Assembly: GCA_023515725.1 (NCBI GenBank)
Contig: JALDTO010000057.1
Location: 124,001 to 188,000 of the forward strand
Direction: 5' to 3'
Source: Amoeboaphelidium protococcarum X5
Lineage: Eukaryota > Fungi > Aphelidiomycota
Length of the DNA stretch: 64,000 nucleotides
Of this stretch, positions 51,848-64,000 are shown piece by piece (position 1 is the first letter of the stretch; the number at the start of each line of letters is the position of its first letter). The translations under genes and the position numbers were made by a program. The notes under the pieces are model-generated. The model was not told where the DNA came from. It ran no database searches and saw nothing but the letters and a program-made list of their open reading frames with translations.

Positions 51848-52513
51848 ATGGTGAAAGCATTTTTTGTACTACCTTTGTTGTTCTGGATAGCTGTAGCTGT
51901 GGGAGCAGAATTTGATGAACTGCCAGCCCCTGCTTTGGTGAACATATTCAGCAAGGCGAAATCAAAACACGGGTTCCTCGTGAACTAAGCTAGTGCTCAG
52001 GTCTATAGATCGAATCCGGATCTTCAAGATCTAAGTGCAAGTCGTTCTCCTGATTTCATTAAAAGATTGGCTGTGTACAGATTTAAGAATGGTCAGAATG
52101 AGGCCGCTATAAAGTTGCTGTCTAACCCAGATCATGTGTGCTAATGTATGCGCCGCTCTGTCTTGTATCAAGTGTGTCGTTTCTCACTTATTGACGCGAT
52201 GAGATCTCTGTTCAACTCATTTAAGACGTGGACGGCTTCCAATTAGGCATATTGCTTTCAGCAGACTCCGCAAAGTAGTTGGCAGTTTAAACTTGCTCTC
52301 ATTTAAGAGGCAAGTCTAGTCGATCCCGTGACGAGAGCAAAATGGTTTGTTGATTAACTTAAACATGATTAGGAGACTCCTCGTGAGACATTGCTCAATG
52401 TCTTTGCCACATTGCCCCCGAAATGTCGTGAAGCGACAATATAATTACTAGTACAGGACAATACAGAAGAATCCCTGATGGTAGAGTTGATTGAGTCGAT
52501 GCAAATAGTTTGA
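51848..52513 (+). CDS. Secreted hypothetical protein with an F-box-like motif after the signal peptide
   Basis: MVKAFFVLPLLFWIAVAVGA signal followed by EFDELPAPALVNIFSK; 221 aa, TGA stop. Confidence 0.7.
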
Positions 52514-52578
52514 TTAGTATTTTAAAGTTTGATAGACGTGATAATTAAATCAATGAATTGGGAATGCCCAAAAATAAA

Positions 52579-53565
52579 TCAAGAACTCTCTTTTTTATCT
52601 TTCATAAGACTTGCTTTAGCTTGTGCAATAAGTTCTGCAAAATGATCATCAGTAGCCTATTTGGACTACTTTCTAGCAGACTGAGTGGCACTCTCTTCTT
52701 TTGCCATCACTTGTTATACGATATCTTTAGACGATCTACCATCTAGGGATTCACACGACGCGTTCCACATCAAGATGTAATCTTATAATCGTCGCATTCT
52801 ATCAGTGGCAGAACCATTTACCGGAATATTGTACTATTTCAATAGTTTACGAATGTCGGCATCCTTCATCGCAGGCAAATAGATTTTAATAGGCTTCTTC
52901 ACCTATTGCTTTTCAGGTCTTGTGAATGCATCATCGTTTTAATCCTTAAGCCTCTTGAAAAGCCTTTCATTAAATTGCTAGTTTTATTACTGTACACCAA
53001 AATTGGAATCCTTTACCCCATCTAGACACTTATTCACGTGGAGTATAAATCCCTATTCCGACACATCAGAGCTCTTTCCGCAGACTATGCACTTTCTATA
53101 CGAGTCAACCACACGAGTAGATCTAAAATTTCTCCTCCGCTCGTCCCCCATAATTGGCGTCGAAGTTTCGCAATGATTGAAACTTTCCGTCTCAACTTAT
53201 TCCTTACTGGACAGAGTTGACGACTGATGAATGGCAGAGTTAAAAGCAGATAACGCTTTAGGACGTGCTTGAATGAATAATTTGCACAAGTCATCCACGT
53301 GCTTGTTCGGTATTATGCTCTACTTCTGACTCTGAATGGCCAATCTGCAGGCAGGACAAGACTTATCAGCGGTGATCTGCGACTAGAGAGCACGTTGAAG
53401 ACACTCAAAATGAAAGTTGTGACAACATGGAACCACCATCCTAGTTCCTGCTGTAAGAAATTCTTTACAAGCCAAACATCTCAGGATCGAGTCAATACTT
53501 CTAAATTCTTAAAATTCCTTAGGCCAATCTTCGGGCTCATCGCAGCTCATTATACTCTGGGTCAT
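52579..53565 (-). CDS. RAD18: Rad18 E3 ubiquitin ligase
   Basis: EPEDW..IDSILRCLACKEF RING, UBZ4 CIVC...HVNKCLD, SAP-like MKDADIRKLLK...LMWNA, C-terminal HFAELIAQAK. Confidence 0.88.
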
Positions 53566-53722
53566 TTCATGTAACTGTTTTTGGGCAAGGAATAAAGGAG
53601 AGAAGAGATTGGAGCTCTGAATACGCGCTACTAAAAGAGCAAATGAAAGTTAAACCACATCAGTTCATTCATATTAAACACAACACATCACAATTTGACA
53701 TTTATTATTCGGACTATACACT

Positions 53723-54568
53723 TCAATAATCAGCATCATATGGTACAGCGATAGATTTGATGACTCCCTCCCCGGCTATTACTGAGGCGGTAGTCTCAAT
53801 TGCGCGTCCTGTTCTCGACGCTGTGAAGCCGCGTTTATTCATCATAGTTGTTATCGCTTCGGTATCTTGTGAATTCAACACCAACTTTAAAAATACCATT
53901 GAGAGGGGTACAAGCATCAGGAATACAGCAGATACGAATACCATGTCGTTTATACTAGTTGTAATGGCTATTCCATAAGTTATGACGGTCAACATACTCA
54001 AAAGGGTTGTTACCAATGTAAATCGAACAATAATAATTTGCGACTTCTTGGGATTTTGAGTTTAAGATTGGAAACTGAGCAATAGATATACATATAACAA
54101 GTCAAGACCGACTGCTAGCAAACCCGTTGAACCAATAATGAACTAGAAGGCTCTACCCAATGACCTATTGCCAGTTAGCCCAGTGAGAAAATAAAATGCT
54201 TATACAAATGCTAACAGAGAGGCTACCACGATGGTGTATCGCACAACGTAATCCCAACGCGTCTCTTTGACCATAAATATTGTCCTTCTGTACAAGAAGA
54301 CCATGAACGCAATCTCGCCAACAGACAGTGTAGGATAATATAACAACGTAGTGATCCAGGCAGGTGATATAGCGCCAACGTTAGAGGCACACGCGACAGA
54401 ATGCATCATTGTGGCACAGCTGCACATCAGGATAATGTAGAAATTCATGGTATTTGAGTATAGCGATTTCCAGCCGCGTAAAAGGACTTCCACGCCACCA
54501 TACAGCACCATCATTGCAAATTAAATAATGGCCAGAGACAGAAAGCCAGCAAACGTATCCAGGGCCAT
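53723..54568 (-). CDS. Putative 7-TM receptor-like membrane protein
   Basis: 281-aa code-6 frame with seven hydrophobic segments and a short C-terminal tail. Confidence 0.7.
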
Positions 54569-55019
54569 TTTTTCGGATAGAACACGTAAATATAGTAATT
54601 TGTAAGGCGCGCAAGCGACGAGGCCAAGCGTATAGATGTACGTGTGTATGAAAGAGCAAAAGAAACCGATAGAGACTGTCAATGTTTGATTGCTAAGCAA
54701 AGAGATATATAAATATGCTTATTGATAAATTGCCATTATGTGAGCACAACATCTGATTGATTGATCTGGTTGTATTTATAGACGGGCAGAATCTGTCTGG
54801 GCCGGCCGGCTGACAACCAACTGAATGAATGGACGAACTGTTTCAAGTTGTCTGTTTCAGCTGTTCTCGCAATATTTTCTAAGTTTTGATCATTCGCAAG
54901 AATTGTTTCTATTGTTGTTGTTGTTGTGGTTGTTATCATTATCATAAGATTTAGTGAATTTGCTTGATCTTTTCCTTTTACATAGTATTATCATCGACAT
55001 TGTACAGATTGGATTGATA

Positions 55020-57066
55020 ATGGCTACACAACCTCAGAGAGTCAAGTATGAATTGAATATCAAATCTGGATAACCTCAATATACTGTATATGTGTTTACT
55101 AGTTTTATTATGTAGAGCTTTGTGGGATTATAATCCTAGTGATGGTAACGAACTAAGGTTCTTGAAAGGTGATATCATTGGACTAATAGCTTAGCATAAC
55201 AAGGACTGGTGGGAAGGTAATATATTTGGTTACTTACAGTGGTTTCATGGTTTGAGATCATACGATATGTAGGTGAATTAAAAGGGCAAAGAGGATATTT
55301 CCCAGCAAATAGAGTAGAAGTTATAGTCGAGCCTCCGGTCAACATGAGCACTAAACCGACAATGTCATCTGCGTCAAAGCGATAATCTGATGTTGTTAAT
55401 CCTCTGAATATGCCTCAGATGGAAATACCTGTGAATGCTGGGTAACCAAAGCCATCTGGCAGAAGAGTAAGTTATAATTTAAAATTTTGAGTTTAATATT
55501 ATGTTTAATCGTAATGTATAATCTGTGTAGGCATCTGAATAAATTTAATAACCTCAACCTGCCCCTGGTGATATGCCTAATGTATAGCGTCCGTCTAATG
55601 CTATGCTTGCAGAGTTGGCTGCTCGTAGTAAAACGCCAACACCGAGACCTTCTAGCCGCGATGCAACCGTGTCTCCAAAGATGAATGTCGCTGCCTCTCT
55701 TACATCTAAAGAGAGCTCTAGTCCAGCGAGTATTGCAAGCAAGAGATTATCGGTTGCTGAGAACAAAGGATCATTCAGTATGCCACCTTAATCTCTACCT
55801 GCTGGTGCATTTGCATTGCCGGGAATTGCATCTTCTATGTCAAGCTCTACTGGCGGTGCTTTCGGTGGTGCATCTTCTTATAATCCTGGTACCAGTTTTG
55901 CTTCCACCGATGAAGATGATGAAATGGATGGTGTGGCGACTGATGATGCTCCTCCGGTGGCCTCTGTAGTTAAGGCTGGTATGCTGAGCAGAGGCAGAGG
56001 AGACAGCTCCGCCACATTGAAGTCGAACAAATCAATCTACGTCGAGTTGGCTCAGAACAATATTTACTTTTACAAAGACTCATAAGCAAAGAAGAAGGAC
56101 ACCAAGCGTGATAAGCCAATGTTTATCTTGGATTTGAAAGGTGCCAAGATTGATTGTTCAGGCAATTTGGATAAGAAGCGATCGGTCTTTGCTATTCAGA
56201 ACGCTGAAGGTCATGTTTTGTTATTACAGGCGGCCTCTGAGTAGGAGAGATAGTCTTGGTCAGACGCTATCCTCGAGTCTTCTGGAGCGCGTCAAGAAGT
56301 ATTGAATATCGATGCCATAACATCTGCAAAGCCGGAAAAGCAAAAGAAGGCCAAGAAGTAGTAGGCTGGAGACGAGGACTCTGTGGATCAGGAAGCGGCC
56401 AAGACTAAGCTTAAGGGATTCTTTAAGAATAGACCAACTGAGTAAAAGTTGAAAGAGCGTGGTATCATTCGCCAAGATATAGCATTCGGAGGACTATTGG
56501 AGTTGCAGGTGAAGGCTGAGAATAAGAAGGTTCCTTCAATTGTTGAGACTTGTATTGCCCAAGTTGAGTTGAAGGGCATGGATAGTGTCGGTATATACCG
56601 CCTCTCTGGTAATGCAGCAAGCATCTAAAAATTCCGCGTCCTCTACAATGAAGATCCAAGTAAAATTGACTATAGCGCTGAGGAGTGGTCTGACATTAGT
56701 ATCATCACCGGTAGTCTGAAGTTATACTTTAGAGAGTTGCAGAATCCATTGATGACATTCGAACGCTACGATGCGTTTATCAATGCTGGTAAGATTTCAG
56801 ATTACTAGTAGAGATTTAATGCAACTAAACAGGCCATTGCTGGACTGCCGCGTCCTTACTTTGATACACTGAAGTATTTGGCGGCGCACTTACAACGCGT
56901 GAGTAAGAGATCTGAGTAAAATAAGATGGACACCAACAATCTGGCCATAGTTTTTGGGCCAACTCTGATCCGCGCTCAAGTAGAAGGAATGGAGATGATT
57001 ACGAACATGAGTTACCAGAATTGCGTTATGGAGATGATTATTGCAAATGCTGATAAGCTCTTTTGA
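55020..57066 (+). CDS. SH3-PH-RhoGAP protein, ARHGAP9/12/15-like (introns 55046-55115, 55217-55272, 55467-55530)
   Basis: SH3 ALWDY..ELRFLKGD..WWEG..GYFPAN; PH domain; GAP motifs GIYRLSG, LKLYFREL, NKMDTNNLAIVFGPTL. Confidence 0.93.
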
Positions 57067-57207
57067 TGAATGGTGTTTGTATGAAATATGAATTGGTAAG
57101 ATAGATACTAAGTTCTAGCTTATTAAGGTCATCACAGAACATGTTTATTTCTTATAAACCATCATCGAATGTTACTCTCAACTATCCTTTACTTTGTGCT
57201 TAATAGT

Positions 57208-58275
57208 TCATTACAATCCAGTCTAACTTTATATGAGATATTGCAATCTGGCCTAAATCTGCTTCGCATGTAGGAGCATATAATGAGTTTTCTATTGAAT
57301 CTATTAAACCAGCTCGTTGTAGATCTAACTAGCTTAAGGCTGAGGAATATTAACATTCATAAGCCAAAATTGCAGTAGCTCCAGCACTTGAGAAATCTGA
57401 GAATGATAATGAGGACTATTCAGGTAGTTTGCCATATAGTCGTTTTCGTAGTTCCATTATTGCAACTATTATAGATCCATTTAAGCGAACTGATCAAATG
57501 TTTTAGTAAGCTATGTGGTTGACTCTAACGCGGCTTTAATCTACGTGTTCAACCGCGCAGACATCATTATCAAATTATTTCTACCGTGGATCACATGCTT
57601 CACTAACCATTACACATCTAACGGAGAGAGTTGTCCACATAATGGAGACAATTGCCTGTTGACAAAACTTTTCCATATCTGCAGTAGAATGATGTGGTCT
57701 CGCGTGCGCGCCTCTGTCTAAAGCATCACACTCCTTGACTAAATGCCACCTGGAAACAGTTATTACTTCTCAATTTCTGCCATTTGAACTGCTTAATGAA
57801 GCTGAATTGTTAGATGCTGCAGTTGCATCTAATGAAACTGAATACTACTACCAATCTAAAACTGCTATGGATGCATGTGTGGAAGTGCGTGCAAAGACTG
57901 CATCAAATTTTATATTCTCTCACTCTCTTTGCGCACCAAGAAATTCAGCTTTGATGCTTCCAGCTCTTTGAACGACAAAGACTCTAGCTTTACATCAAAC
58001 AGGCCATAATTAAGACTCTATGGACCATTGGTGCTAGCAGGTGCCAGTACATACTTGCCAAATCGAGCACCAATAGCTCTCTCATCAAACTCCTGGCTGC
58101 AAACCATAAGCTTTCGTGACGATTACTACTGATTCTATAATGTTGGCACAGCCGGCGACGGCTCAGCCGATCGATGTATCTAAACGCGTGACATTTAATC
58201 ATCATTGCTCTATACGCCGTAAAAGCATAGCATTAGAGTCAACTGGACCACAAGCTATTACCTGAAACCGATCAT
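57208..58275 (-). CDS. Hypothetical secreted protein with a possible His-Me/HNH-like motif
   Basis: 355-aa frame seen only in code 6; hydrophobic N-terminus; RDHIILLQ...HGRNNLIMMSARLNTQIK. Confidence 0.65.
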
Positions 58276-58625
58276 TTACATAGTCTATTCTATTTATAAT
58301 ACTGTAAAGAGTTTTTATTGATAAATATTAGACAGTAAAGCATTAAATTTAAATATTACGATGTTAATTTCTTACTACAAGCAACATGTGAATTCTGTGT
58401 GAAACGCCACGCTGTTACATCAATCAATGAAGCTTATATCACTGGCCAATCTCAATAGTCGCCTCAGTCTATTGAAGACCACGATTATCTTAGCATTATC
58501 GATCATTATCGCTATATTTTATCATCTAAATTACGCGTCTAATATAAACAATTGATGCATTTAAGTGCGTAAACCACACTGTCTTTTTCAACTCTTTGAT
58601 CAAACGATCCGATCTTATATTCAAC

Positions 58626-59684
58626 ATGACCGATGAATAGTATTCATAAGTATTCCAGCAAGTTGTTTTAAAGATGGTCAAATCTCATACACTCCTTGAG
58701 CATACATAGATGTAAATCTAGGTTGCTTTTATTGCCGGTCTATACAAGCAAATTTCATTTGTTTTTGCTCTTTACTAGAATCAATGGTCTGCGATTGCTG
58801 CCGTCTAATCTGAATTATCGCCCAACCTATGTCTGTACTTGTCCAAAGTTGATTCCACTGGTTTGCTGGATAATAGACGCGCTTAATCTCCGCTAATTTC
58901 AACTTTAATCTTGTCTCATGTCGAATGGTGCAGAAAGTAGTATGGTGTGAAAAAAGTCGCTGTGACTGCCAAGAGTAATCCAGAGTATCTCTTCCGCGGA
59001 TCATCCAAACTTGCATCAAAAGGCCGACTAGAAGGACTTAAATTAACAAGATGGTGGATGGACGTGTTGCAGTCTATAGGTGAAGCTCAGACGCGATATT
59101 TATATGTTCCATAGCACTAACAGAAGAATACACTACTTCACGACTTAAAGTTGAAGTTGAAAGACGGTGATTGGTTGTACAGTCTTCCTCATAAAACTGT
59201 TGATCAGGTGGATCTATTTCACGATGACCCGTTTAGTGACTATATTAAACGAAACTTGCTAGATAAATCAAATCTGTCCATGAATACTGTAATCAATGAT
59301 ATGCTACCTTAATCAAAAGATTTCATTAATGGTGACGTGGGCTTGATCTTCATTGAACTGGATGGGAGCAACGATGATGACGATGAAAAGTGGGAATTGA
59401 GGCAATCGACTGAATGTAGAAGAGACACTCAATAGGAAAATATTCTCTCATAAGTGCTTCGTATGCTTGAGGGAGAAGAATATGAAGAAGATGGCGAAGA
59501 TTAACAATTATCGTTTGCGAGTATAGAGAAATGCCTCAAATCCTCTGCGACTCTTTTAAAGGTATTGTCGCCATACAATAGAACAATCACAGTTGAAGTC
59601 TAATGCTAACGGTAGAAGGAAGCGCGTCGAATAGAAGATCAATAACGACCTGTGAATGTTCTTCAAGTGAAACGTCGAAAGTGA
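58626..59684 (+). CDS. RTT109: Histone H3K56 acetyltransferase Rtt109-like
   Basis: LYLSKVDSTG, PEYLF.GSSK..K..L.G..L..WW..VL, FHDDP, basic C-terminal tail PVNVLQVKRRK. Confidence 0.85.
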
Positions 59685-59779
59685 GCGGAAACTTTCTCTC
59701 TCAATTTATGCTCAGCTTCTTTTCGCGTTTTCGTTCTCTTCATTCATTTTACTTTAATGTTTCAGTCTGGAATTCAGGC

Positions 59780-61654
59780 ATGTCCCTTATTAACAACAAT
59801 GCCAGAATATAAATGTTTCAATTGTACTATGTTTGTGTGTCTGTTGTGTTATCACTTCTACTCACAGTTAGCCAATTAGATATTGACTCTTCTCCGTATG
59901 GAATCATCAGGCAGGGTCAATGGTAATCGTTTGCCTTATCTTCCGTCAATGCTTTCAATTTACTTCCTGCTCGCGAAGGAACTATAAAGATATTGTTTCA
60001 ACTCTCACTCTGGCTCTATACTATTTTTATGCTCCTTCTCCGGTAGAAATAACTGAATCCTTATAACTTGGTGGCGCCTTTAATCTTATATTGGTCATTC
60101 AGGATGTTCTACTCTGTGGCATTCTTCTGGTGGACTGGATTTGCCGCTGTCAATTGGTTCTTTCATGATGCCTTCTACGAACGTAATGACTTTACAGTAC
60201 TATGTCTAGTAGTTATAAGTGATTTGTCTCAATTTTATAGTAAATATGAGCCTGAACATTATGATGTTGATATGAAACTGAAATCTAAATAGTTCCGCGA
60301 TAGATATCCTCTTTAAATATTCTATCCCTCATTTGCAATCATACTGCTCTCTGTGAATTCGTAAATATGGGCGATAACTTCTATTTTATCCACTGCTGGC
60401 ATATTGTTCTTGATTCGATTTATTTACATGCTCATCTGGTAAAGGCCTTTAACTATAAAGCAAAAGGTGGCTAGATTGTTTACTATCCCTAATGAACTAG
60501 TTGAAAGTCCAATGTTAAGCTCTGCGAGTTCTGCAATATCTATAGACAGCCCACTGAGATAGAGATTTCCGTAAAGCATCTATCACCGTCCTCAGTCTGT
60601 ATTCACTTACACCAATGTTAGTCAATATTAACATGAGATACTAAAGAGCAACGCGTATTAACACTAGTAGAGGCAGTTATCATCTAGTGCTCAATTTATC
60701 TGGAAATTATTTCATTTTCTCAGCCTATTTCTGGTGTCTCTCACTATATATTGGCTCTCCATCAATCGTATTACAACTCAATAGCGCTGGCAGTAGAAAG
60801 AGCTTATAAGAGGTTATAAGCTGGAGTATTAGCAATTACTATCCGTAGTGATAATGACAAACCATAGAGACGGCAATCCTGATTATTTACTGAGGACTTT
60901 GGAATTTTATGACGCTTAGTTAATGCCATCGAATCTATTTGATCCTTTGTATAATCGAGCAGAGATTATAATCTATACCTCAAGCACTGCAGACGAACAT
61001 TTTATATTTAGTATTGCTGCACTAAAGTACCAAGACAGATATGATTTTCGATTTATATCTCGATAGGAATCAAATGTACCTGAATAGACGCAATTTACCT
61101 CGAAATACTTGAAATAACGGCTGGACTTTGCTAATGGTATTCATTATGCACTGAACTAATCTGATTCCTATCTCATAATGTTGGCTGAAGATGATATGCC
61201 TCTGTGCTCTTATTTCCGATAATAGTTTAGTTCCTTGATACATCATGCTTTTGTAGTGGGCGACCATTGTGGAGCATTTATTGGCACAGGTGGTAGTGGA
61301 ATTGTGATGACGCGACGTACTGCCGTTAACATTTTGAAGTTATTGAGATCAAAAGATTATCTCTCCAGGCCTGTTGATATTCTCATACAACAATGTCTTC
61401 GCGGTCATTTGCCATAATGCAGTAATTGTGTGGATCCACGGACGCCTAATAGTTTACCGTGGCTTTATAGACAGTAACCTCGTGGATTGCTAGCTTCAAG
61501 TATTTTGTACATGTATCACATTGGATTTGACTCTAGTACATTCCGAGGTCGCAGATATGGAGCGGATGCGTTCCAGTGTGGATGGAGACACCCTTTCAAT
61601 GGTCACTCGGGCTTGAACGTTTACAATTACAATCGAAACCGCGTCGATGGATGA
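59780..61654 (+). CDS. Multi-TM protein with a C-terminal GT-A glycosyltransferase domain (MGAT4/PGAP4-like)
   Basis: N-terminal TM helices; IMTNHRDGNPDYLLRTL, QRLDF, LAEDD, IGTGGSG, PVDILI, YHIGFDSS; 624 aa. Confidence 0.75.
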
Positions 61655-61760
61655 TCATCTTTATTTTGCTCATAATATAATTTAAATATCCTGGTAGCAT
61701 AGTGAATATACTAAATTAACCTGAAAAATATAGAATGTATTGATTTCAAAGTGCAGTAAC

Positions 61761-63470
61761 TCATTTCATCTTCAATTTTTTGATATCTCCCTGCACAACA
61801 TCTTAATCAGTGGGTCTTTTCATAAAAGTGAGAAGAGCTTCACCGTCACCCACTACATTTTCCTCCTCCTGCTCTTCTTTATCTTCTTATTTCTACACTG
61901 CATTAGACACGGTCTTACTCTTTTACTTTTACCCACTTTATAACTTTTACTTGCCAACGTTCAAATCAGTATCGACAGACTTGTTACCAGTAGCACCTTT
62001 GGATTAACTCTACTTCTTACCACTCGATTTGGATGGCTACTACTACTACTGCTACTACTTGGTCTAATGGTAAGATGACATAGAAGACTTGAGACTCTTA
62101 GAACTGTAAAAGCTGTCTTTGCTATACTTCTCAGCCACTACGCGCTTCGCCTTACGTTCATTGACAATGCGAGTCCACTCTCTCAGCTCTTCATCCACAG
62201 TGAGCGGGCGTACTTTAAACGGAAGAGAATCTTCTTTCTATAAATCTGATTACTATAAAGAATTAATAATCTGCTTAGTGTAAGCGGGATGTAAGAATCT
62301 GATATAACACGACAACTATTCGGTCGAATTCATATCAATGTAAGCAATGCAATCTTTAGAATCAGTTTTAAGAGCATTCATCACAGACTCTGCAATCGCC
62401 AACTTCTTAAACATTTTCAATGGAATCTCATAAGCAAGTACAATCGTATCCTTGACAAAGTCGATAGTGGACAGATTCTAGATAGTAGTGGCTGAAGATG
62501 GATCATCACCAGTTCTAGGGCGACTTGTACCATCATAATGATGATTCTTCATCTACTACAAGACACGCTATTAACATCGTTTATACAGCTGATAATCCAG
62601 ATACTGCTTCTTCAACAGAGACCACGTAGGCTTTTTCATTACGCAAACTTTCATCATTCGAGCAATAATAATTAGCTCTTCCGGTTACAAAGACTATTAC
62701 AATTCAGTCAGTAATTCAACATCTGCTGGCTCTCTATCAGATTACAACTTGTCAAGTTTGTGGATCCATTCTTACACTCTATCCAAAGTCTCTTTAGCGT
62801 AAATTTGAGTAGATTACTCGGTTGATTACTACTAAGTATTCTAATCAGAATCAGCGGGCTTGAACAATTCCAGACACTCATCCACCAGATAGTAATCTGT
62901 AAATTCAATAAACGCGAATCCTTTATTCAGTGCTCTTTTAGCAGCGGTATTACTCACAGACTCTGATACCTACTACTTTTAATCGCTACTTCTGCCATGC
63001 TTTGTATCATTACTACTTTTATCATTATAGTCATTCTTGGGCTGAACGTATTCAATGTGAATGTGTGCAATTTTATTACAACAACCAAGTACAGTCTCGA
63101 GCATAAACTTCAACGCGTATCTAGTCCATTTACGTGGAAATCCTTCAATATAAATAGAGTTGCGCGCATACTAGTTCCCAATACACAGCTTCTAATAATC
63201 ATTCACATCACCAATGGGTAGATATTTAATGCAATCAGTAGCTTTATCATAATGAAATAAGACTTCAATATTATCTTCATGTTTACCACCATCTGGATGC
63301 AGTATGCATTAACGCAACTATTGTGCAGATTTAAAGTAACTCTTTACCTTGTCCAATTTCATCAGATCACCCACTGAAATATATCCATCCACAGAAGCAG
63401 ATTTATCCAATAGATTAAGTAACTACCGATCGCTCTCTATATTCTTGAACAGACTATTCAAATGCTCCAT
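61761..63470 (-). CDS. La-related protein, LARP7/p65/Pof8-like
   Basis: Degenerate La motif (DGYISV), RRM1 (SIYIEGFP, KGFAFIEF), RVMKKPTWSLLKKQYL, xRRM (AYIDM..CYIRF..EELREWTRI). Confidence 0.75.
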
Positions 63471-63829
63471 CACTACTATACTTTAATATCAATTAAAGCG
63501 ATCACTGTATACTGGTGACGCCGCAATCTAACTGGAAATGAGAAAAGAATCTCTTTTTACGCGTTTCTTCAGTGCTCTCTTATTTCTCTCCCGTAATCTC
63601 TTCTTCGTCTTCTTCGTTATCTCTTCTTCGCCGTAAATATCGTCGCGTTTCAGTTCAGTTTCGCCATTTCTCTTTCTCTTCTCTTCTCTACTCTTACTCT
63701 TCGTCTAAAGGAACGCTTTGTCCGTTAACTTGCTCCTTATTATTACTGCCTGTTTAGTGAGGTGCATTTTAGTTCTTAAAGTCGACGATAAATCTAGAGT
63801 AGAAACAAATCGTATCTGAGTGTATAATT

Positions 63830-64000
63830 ATGGTCAAGGTTAGTGTAAAGTGGAGCGGTAAAAAGTTTGATGATCTTGAGTTGAACTTGAATGAGAGTGG
63901 TGCATTGGAGTTCAAGGGTGTCTTGTATTCCCTGACTGGAGTGGAGGTGGAGCGTTAGAAGATTTTGATCAAAGGTGTCGGTTAGCTGAAGGATGATACT
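63830..64000 (+). CDS. UBP6: Proteasome-associated deubiquitinase Ubp6/USP14, N-terminal UBL domain (3' truncated)
   Basis: VSVKWSGKKF, FKGVLYSLTGVEVERQKILIKG (Q=TAG), LKDD. Confidence 0.9.

Noticed and set aside
1-64000. Mass pseudogenisation or sequencing error as the cause of the many in-frame stops
   Set aside because: Only TAA/TAG interrupt conserved genes, they fall at Gln positions, and frames and motifs are otherwise intact.

Overview
Gene-dense, intron-poor eukaryotic (fungus-related, holomycotan) nuclear DNA that uses a non-standard genetic code. TAA and TAG encode Gln and TGA is the only stop (translation table 6), so the supplied standard-code ORF track is fragmented. Fungal-type genes plus this code fit the aphelid algal parasitoid Amoeboaphelidium protococcarum (inference). 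Re-translating by hand gives about 33 protein genes: RPD3, CHL1/DDX11, an ACT-less prephenate dehydratase, a bacterial-type alpha/beta hydrolase, an AKR1-like palmitoyltransferase, trehalase, ZW10, NIP7, uL15, OLE1, YDJ1, DIP2, UTP6, F-box/WD40, RPA3, a sugar porter, RAD18, SH3-PH-RhoGAP, RTT109, a GT54-like protein, LARP7-like, UBP6 and several orphans. There are also two tRNA-Arg genes. Most notable: (1) a cluster of four secreted, probably GPI-anchored CE4/NodB deacetylase paralogues that all lack the metal-binding His pair; (2) two decayed Fanzor1-like relics; (3) a transposon graveyard (gypsy gag, chromovirus integrase, MULE, foldback MITE) around the tRNA genes; (4) an invariant TGTAG 3' splice site in all 10 introns found; (5) a 68-bp frameshifting tandem duplication. 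All protein assignments come from manual translation and motif recognition, not database searches.
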